This document shows, piece after piece, positions 58,956-64,000 of a DNA stretch of 64,000 bases. Within the stretch, counting starts at the first letter, position 1. Each line of letters begins with the position of its first letter. Below the pieces are notes generated by a model. The model was given only the letters and a program-made list of their open reading frames with translations, had not been told where the DNA came from and searched no databases. The stretch covers positions 133,790 through 197,789 of the forward strand of contig CAVPPH010000009.1 of assembly GCA_963707275.1 (NCBI GenBank), given 5' to 3'. The translations under genes and the position numbers were made by a program. This DNA is from an uncultured Chloroflexia bacterium (GTDB lineage: Bacteria > Chloroflexota > Anaerolineae > JAAEKA01).

Positions 58956-61207
58956 ATGCGCTTATCACGCGTCGCCCTGGCAGTTGCGATCGTGCTGGCC
59001 TGCCGGGCTGCTGTTCTGGCCGTTGATTGGCAGCCGGCTGAAGGTCCGTTGGTGACCCGCTGGGCGAACGATGTCTCACCCGAGCAGGTCTGGCCCGAGT
59101 ATCCGCGTCCGCAGATGCAGCGCGAGCAGTGGCATAATCTGAACGGGCTGTGGCAGTACGCCATTCAGCCAAAGGAGCAGGAAGAACCCGAATCATGGGA
59201 CGGCCAGATCCTCGTCCCCTTCGCGGTCGAGTCGGCATTAAGTGGGGTAAGGAAACGCGTTGAACCGAACCAGCGGCTATGGTATCGACGGGCGTTTGAG
59301 ATCGCGTCGTTAGATCAAAACAAGCGTTGGTTGCTTCATTTCGCCGGTGGACTCGGCAGTCAACGGTGTGGGTCAACGGCAGAGAAGTTACCCAGCATGT
59401 GGGTGGTTATGATCCGTTCACAGTCAACATCACGGAGGCGGTGACCGCGGGAAACAACGAGTTGACCGTGATTGCGGGATCCTACGGACGCGGGCTATCA
59501 GCCAAAGGGCAAGCAGGTACTCAAACCAGGCGGCATCATGCTGCGGTCACAGGGAATTCGCGGCACGTTTTCGCTCAACGAGTTACCACACAATGCATGG
59601 ATCTTCTGAAGGTGGTGCTGCCCGATCTCGACCGAAGCTTGTTGCTCGTCGCTGTCGAGGCTCCGAAGGGTCTGCAGATTGCCTTGACCGCCGCGGACGC
59701 CGGCCAGGTGTGTGCCACCGCGAAGGGGGCCACGGCAGTTCCCGTCGAACTCAAATTGTGCCTGGAAAATTGTGGTCGCCCGATCAACCTCATCTGTATG
59801 ATCTGCAGGTCGAGTTAATTAGCGGGGAATGGTCGTTGACGCGGTAAAAAGCTACTTCGGGATGCAAAGAGTCCTGCACGCCCTCCTCCCGGGATCAATC
59901 GGCTGATGTTCGAAGTCACAAGGCGCTGTTCCAGTATGGGCCGCTGGATCAAGGGTGGTGGCCGAACAGACTTCTACGCCGGCAACGATGAAGCCATGAA
60001 GTACGACATCGTGGTTGAACAAGAAGTACGGCATGAACATGGCCCGCAAGCACGTCAAATACGAACCGGCCCGCTGGTACTATTGGTGCGATCGTCTTGG
60101 TTTGCTTGTCTGGCAGGACATACGTAGGTGACGCGGGGCGCAGTAGTACGTCGAAGGCCAATTATCGACGTGAATTGAAGGCCATGATCAACGCGCATCA
60201 TCATTTCCCCAGCATTGTGATGTGGGTTCCGTTCAACGAAGGCTGGGGGCAGCATGATACCCCGAAAGTTGCCGCGTGGGTGGAACAATATGATCCAGTC
60301 GAACCAGGTGATCAAGCAGCGGATGGAGTGACGCGCAAGGGCAGCGGGTCCATCTCCAGCATGAGCTATCCGGGGCCGGCGGTGCGGTGTGGAAGAGAAC
60401 CGTGCGGCGGTGCTGGGCGAATTTGGCAGGCTGGGGATGCCCCTTTCCGGCCACACCTGGCGCTCAGCAACTTGGGGGTATCGGTCGTACAAGACCCCCG
60501 AGCAGCTGACCGACGCCTACGTGAATCTGCTCACCAACATGCGTCCCTTGATCTCTCAGGGCCTTTCAGCGGCGGTCTACACGCAAACGTCCGATGTGGA
60601 AATCGAAGTCAATGGATTGTTGACCTTGATGAGCGTGAGATCGAAAAGATCGACCTGATTCGTGCCGCCGAAGCGGCCCGCAGACTGTACCTGCCGCCGC
60701 CGATGATGAAGACGCTCCGTCCACATGCGCAGACTCAGCCGCAACAGTGGCGATACACGATCTATCCCACCGGCCGACGAGTGGTTCGAAACGGCTTTTG
60801 AAGATGCCAGCTGGGAATCCGCCCCAGGCGGCTTTGGAAGGCCGGAACACCTGGCGCGGCCATCGGTACCCAGTGGAAGAGTTCCGACATCTGGCTCCGC
60901 CGCTCGTTCGAACTGGACGCTATTCCGACGGATGGAGAGATCAGTATGTGGATTCACCGCGGACGAGGACGCGGAGATCTACATCAACGGTGTGTTGGTC
61001 AAGTCGTTCGAGGGGTATACCACGGGTTACACAACGGCTCCGTTAAACGCCAAGGCGGCTAAGGCGTTGAAGGTTGGCAAGAACACAATTGCTGTTCATT
61101 GCCATCAAACGTCTGGCGGTCAGTTCATAGACGCGGGACTTTCACTGCTGGTGGAACATCTCCCAGTAGCGTTGATCCGCTCCGGCATCGCCCGCCGACG
61201 TCCTTGA
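58956..61207 (+). pseudogene. Glycoside hydrolase family 2-like protein, at least eight frame breaks
   Basis: Signal peptide. Blocks are PEYPRPQMQREQWHNLNGLWQYAI, ILVPFAVESALSGV, VWVNGREVTQHVGGYDPFTVNIT, PKLWSPDQPHLYDL, ARKHVKYEPARWYYWCDRLGLLVWQD, HFPSIVMWVPFNEGWGQ, and the C-terminal IAVHCHQTSGGQFIDAG. Confidence 0.75.
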
Positions 61208-61250
61208 TCATCCTCACTATTCTCGACCTTCTTTTGTAAAGCTGTTTGCC

Positions 61251-61960
61251 ATGACAACGGACCACGCATCGCTTCGCTTCTGGCTTTCCCTCTGTTGGCT
61301 CTTGATCGCCGCCTGGTTATCAACCACGCTCGCGGCGGCTTCGCAAGTCGTCGCGGCCCCGAACGATAGTCGGCACGCCGGACAGATGGATTTCACTGTT
61401 CGATGGCAAATCGCTCGACGGCTGGCCGGCCGCTGAGCATCCCCAGACGTGGCGCATGGAAGATGCTGCTCTTCTCGGCCCACGGCCAGCGCGAGCCCAT
61501 CTCTTCTATGTGGGCGACGTTGGGAACCACGACTTCCAGAAATTCGAACTGGAAGTGGAAGCCGAGACGCATCCGGGAGCGAATTCCGGTGTCTATTTTC
61601 ATACACAATATCAGCCGTCGGGCTGGCCCGATAAAGGATACGAAGTTCAGATTAACAACTCGCATCGCGGGTCCGGGAACTACCGGGAATTGAAGCGAAC
61701 GGGAAGTCTCTATGCCGTCCGCAATATCTACAAGTCGTGCCGGACGATAACAGTGGTTCCGTGTCCGCATGATGGTGGTGCATACGCGCATTCGGGTCTG
61801 GGTGAACGACCATCTGACAGTTGACTACCTGCAGGCCGGAAAATCCGCCTCGCAAAGCTGAGATGGCACAGCGTCTCCTGGGTCACGGTAAACGCGCTCC
61901 AAGGACATGATGCGGCAAGTTGCCAGTGCTGATTTCGATCGGTGAGAATTCGCTTGCTTC
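61251..61960 (+). pseudogene. DUF1080 (3-keto-disaccharide hydrolase-like) domain protein, frame-broken
   Basis: Signal peptide. Blocks are SLFDGKSLDGW, FELEVEAETHPGANSGVYFHTQY, GYEVQINNSH and LKRTGSLYAVRNIY. Confidence 0.6.
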
Positions 61961-61989
61961 CCGACAATGCTGATCCGGCTTCCGACCCG

Positions 61990-62790
61990 CGTGCATCGGA
62001 CGAGGGATACGGCCTGCAACCCGGAACAATGGATGACTCACAAGCAGTACCTCCCTTGCATTGACTATCACGTTTGCTATGCTATGACACCCCGAAGGCG
62101 ATCGACCAGGCAGGCGGTCACCGGACTCAACTGCGGCGTCCTGAGGAATATCGGCCAGGGGTGGCCGATCGAAACCAACGCGCAACTGCAAGCATTTCTT
62201 GATAGCGTGGAGGGTTTGCCCAGATCTTGTGGGGCTGCAAGTGAACGATCGCGACTGGATGGATCGTCGCTCGACTTGATCCAGCGTCTTGATTTTGTGC
62301 TGGCCCGAGATACGATGATCATGCCGATGCCCGACGATGATGGTGAACCGGCGAAACTGTGGCTGGCCGAGATACCTTCTACTCAATCAGGGACCCGGAG
62401 GCCTGGATGGTGCATTACATGAAACACAACCTGCGGGTGTTGTCCGAGCCGATCACAATCCTGGCGAATACCACCTATTTGCCGCCGGCACTGGAAGACA
62501 AATATGACCAACTGTGGACCGACACTCGGATGCGGCAGGTTATCCAGGCCGCGATCGACAACCATGTCGCTCTCGAGATCGATGCGTCAAGCCAGTGGCC
62601 TCACGACCGCTTCATCCGCATGGCCAAGGAGATGGGAGCCAAATTCAGCTTCGGCTCGAACAACTTCAATGATGCACCCATCAACATGGCGCAGCCTGTT
62701 TCGAAGCGGTGGGGAAGTACGGACTGGTCAAGGATGACATGTACGTGCCTGCCGAGTGGGAGAAATCCGAAAGTGGAAATGACTGAGTCC
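61990..62790 (+). pseudogene. Possible PHP/histidinol-phosphatase-like metal-dependent phosphoesterase, frame-broken. It may be fused to the DUF1080 gene.
   Basis: IDYHV... near 62060. The best-preserved stretch is MVHYMKHNLRVLSEPITILANTTYLPPALEDKYDQLW...ALEIDASSQWPHDRFIRMAKEMGAKFSFGSNN. The family call is weak. Confidence 0.3.
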
Positions 62791-62796
62791 AAAAAC

Positions 62797-63560
62797 ATGA
62801 TCCGATTGCAATTGGCACTGCCTCTGCTCCTCGCGCTTACGGGCGTGTTGGCGGACTGGAATCGAACCATCTTCACTGCGGCCCGCCGAGAATGTCCTGT
62901 TCATCCTGACGATGAGGTACCCCCAGCTCCAGCTTTAATGGTACTCCCGGCATCCAGACTCCACATATAGGACTCGATCGCCAGCGGCGTCTACTTCAGA
63001 ATGCCTTCGTGGCGTACCCCGGGTGAATGCCGATCTGCGATGGGAAACCATGGCGTAACCGGGCCTACAAGGAGACGCCGGTCGAGCCGAAGGACGCTTC
63101 CACTCCAATACGAATTTCTGCAGCAGGTGGACCCGCAACGATTAGGGCACGGTCTCGCAGTTCGGAATTATGACCTAAGCACAGATCCCTACGGAAATCA
63201 GAGACCTGGCCGAGGCGCCCAACACCAGGACCCGTTACGGCGGCTCCGAGTCGCTGCACCGCTGGGGACAAGCGACAAATGATCCAGCAATGCGTTACGA
63301 CGCGAGATTCTGACAAGCTGGGGTCTAGAACCAATTCAGCGTTCGACTCTCAACAGTAGTGGCAAACCTCGAACGGCAGGGACACGGCTCACTCGACCCA
63401 CCCTGCCAGTTTGATGCATCTTCCCGGCTGGCAATTCGCGACACCTGGTATGCCCGGATGGCGAGGCAGACCCACGGATGAACTGTTGCTGGAAAAGGAT
63501 CGGTGGCCAGCACCTTGCCAACCATCAGTCACTGCAACGCGCGGCAACGCATCACTTGAA
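62797..63560 (+). pseudogene. Sulfatase-like gene remnant, heavily frame-broken
   Basis: Signal peptide MIRLQLALPLLLALTGVLA. Then, in shifting frames, ENVLFILT/DDE, IQTPHI and NAFVAYPG..C.S. Together these resemble the sulfatase N-terminal motifs. Confidence 0.4.
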
Positions 63561-63583
63561 CCGGCGACAACACGCTTCCAAGC

Positions 63584-64000
63584 TCAGTCAAGTTGCTTAA
63601 TGCGAATGTCCTTGTACCAGGCTTCACTGGGCGGGCCGCCGTGGATCTGAACCGCGATCAGCCCGTTCTGTTCAATCGATGCGTCCTGCTCGCTGTAGTC
63701 AACGGTCTGGGTCCGTTAATCCACAGTTGCACGCGGGGGCCCATGCAGTTGCGATAGTCGTTCCATTCACCCTGCTCGATCAGGGGTGTTGTTGCCCCCG
63801 CTACTTCCATCGGGACCGGCCAGGATCTTCCTCCGTCGCGACTCGTCGTACAGGCACCCCCGCCGCCGTCTCCCAAGTCCGCCTGGTACCCGATCATCTC
63901 GTGGTGGTCGGGAATCCGCCGACTGCGAATCTGCACTCCCGCATTGGCCCCCTGGCCCAGGATCTTGAACTTCCAGCCGCAGTTCGAAAATCGCCGTACT
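63584..64000 (-). pseudogene. DUF1080 domain protein, 5' end outside the window, frame-broken
   Basis: GEWNDYR..., VQLWINGT-like, QIHGGPPSEAWYKDIRIKQLD-stop (stop at 63584-63586). Confidence 0.55.

Overview
The window reads as two unrelated-looking blocks joined head-on at about 53.25 kb.

Block 1 (1 to ~53,260) is very GC-rich by eye. Its gene content looks Chloroflexota-like, but that is an inference only. It contains:
- an imuB / small ORF / dnaE2 mutasome cassette
- tRNA-fMet, tRNA-Met(CAU) and tRNA-Leu(CAG)
- ftsB-like and secG genes
- a sugar locus: a fused double solute-binding protein, two permeases, a PfkB kinase, a sucrose-phosphate-synthase-type GT4 and a LacI regulator
- rimI-tsaB-tsaE and etfBA
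- a triple-cNMP / double-bPH membrane protein
- the replicative dnaE
- an ~800 aa orphan with an adenosylhomocysteinase-like C-terminal half
- two URO-D paralogs and a pabB-pabC fusion
- glyA, rlmB, cysS and a PIN/TRAM gene
- infC-rpmI-rplT
- a glycosyltransferase cluster

Block 2 (~53,260 to 64,000) is visibly less GC-rich. It carries nadE-pncB, an arfB-like gene, an SDR, and vWA, GH2, DUF1080 and sulfatase-like genes. All of them are heavily frame-disrupted.

Three things stand out:
1. Degenerate 7/8-nt tandem arrays, purine tracts and a GC-rich palindrome occur between genes and also in frame inside both DnaE paralogs.
2. About 35 frame breaks in block 1 almost all behave as +1 insertions. 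This points to assembly or consensus error rather than real gene decay.
3. The 53.25 kb junction truncates two genes and is probably a chimeric join.

I recognised no rRNA, CRISPR array, transposase or integrase. Every similarity call comes from reading the translations. No searches or computations were run.
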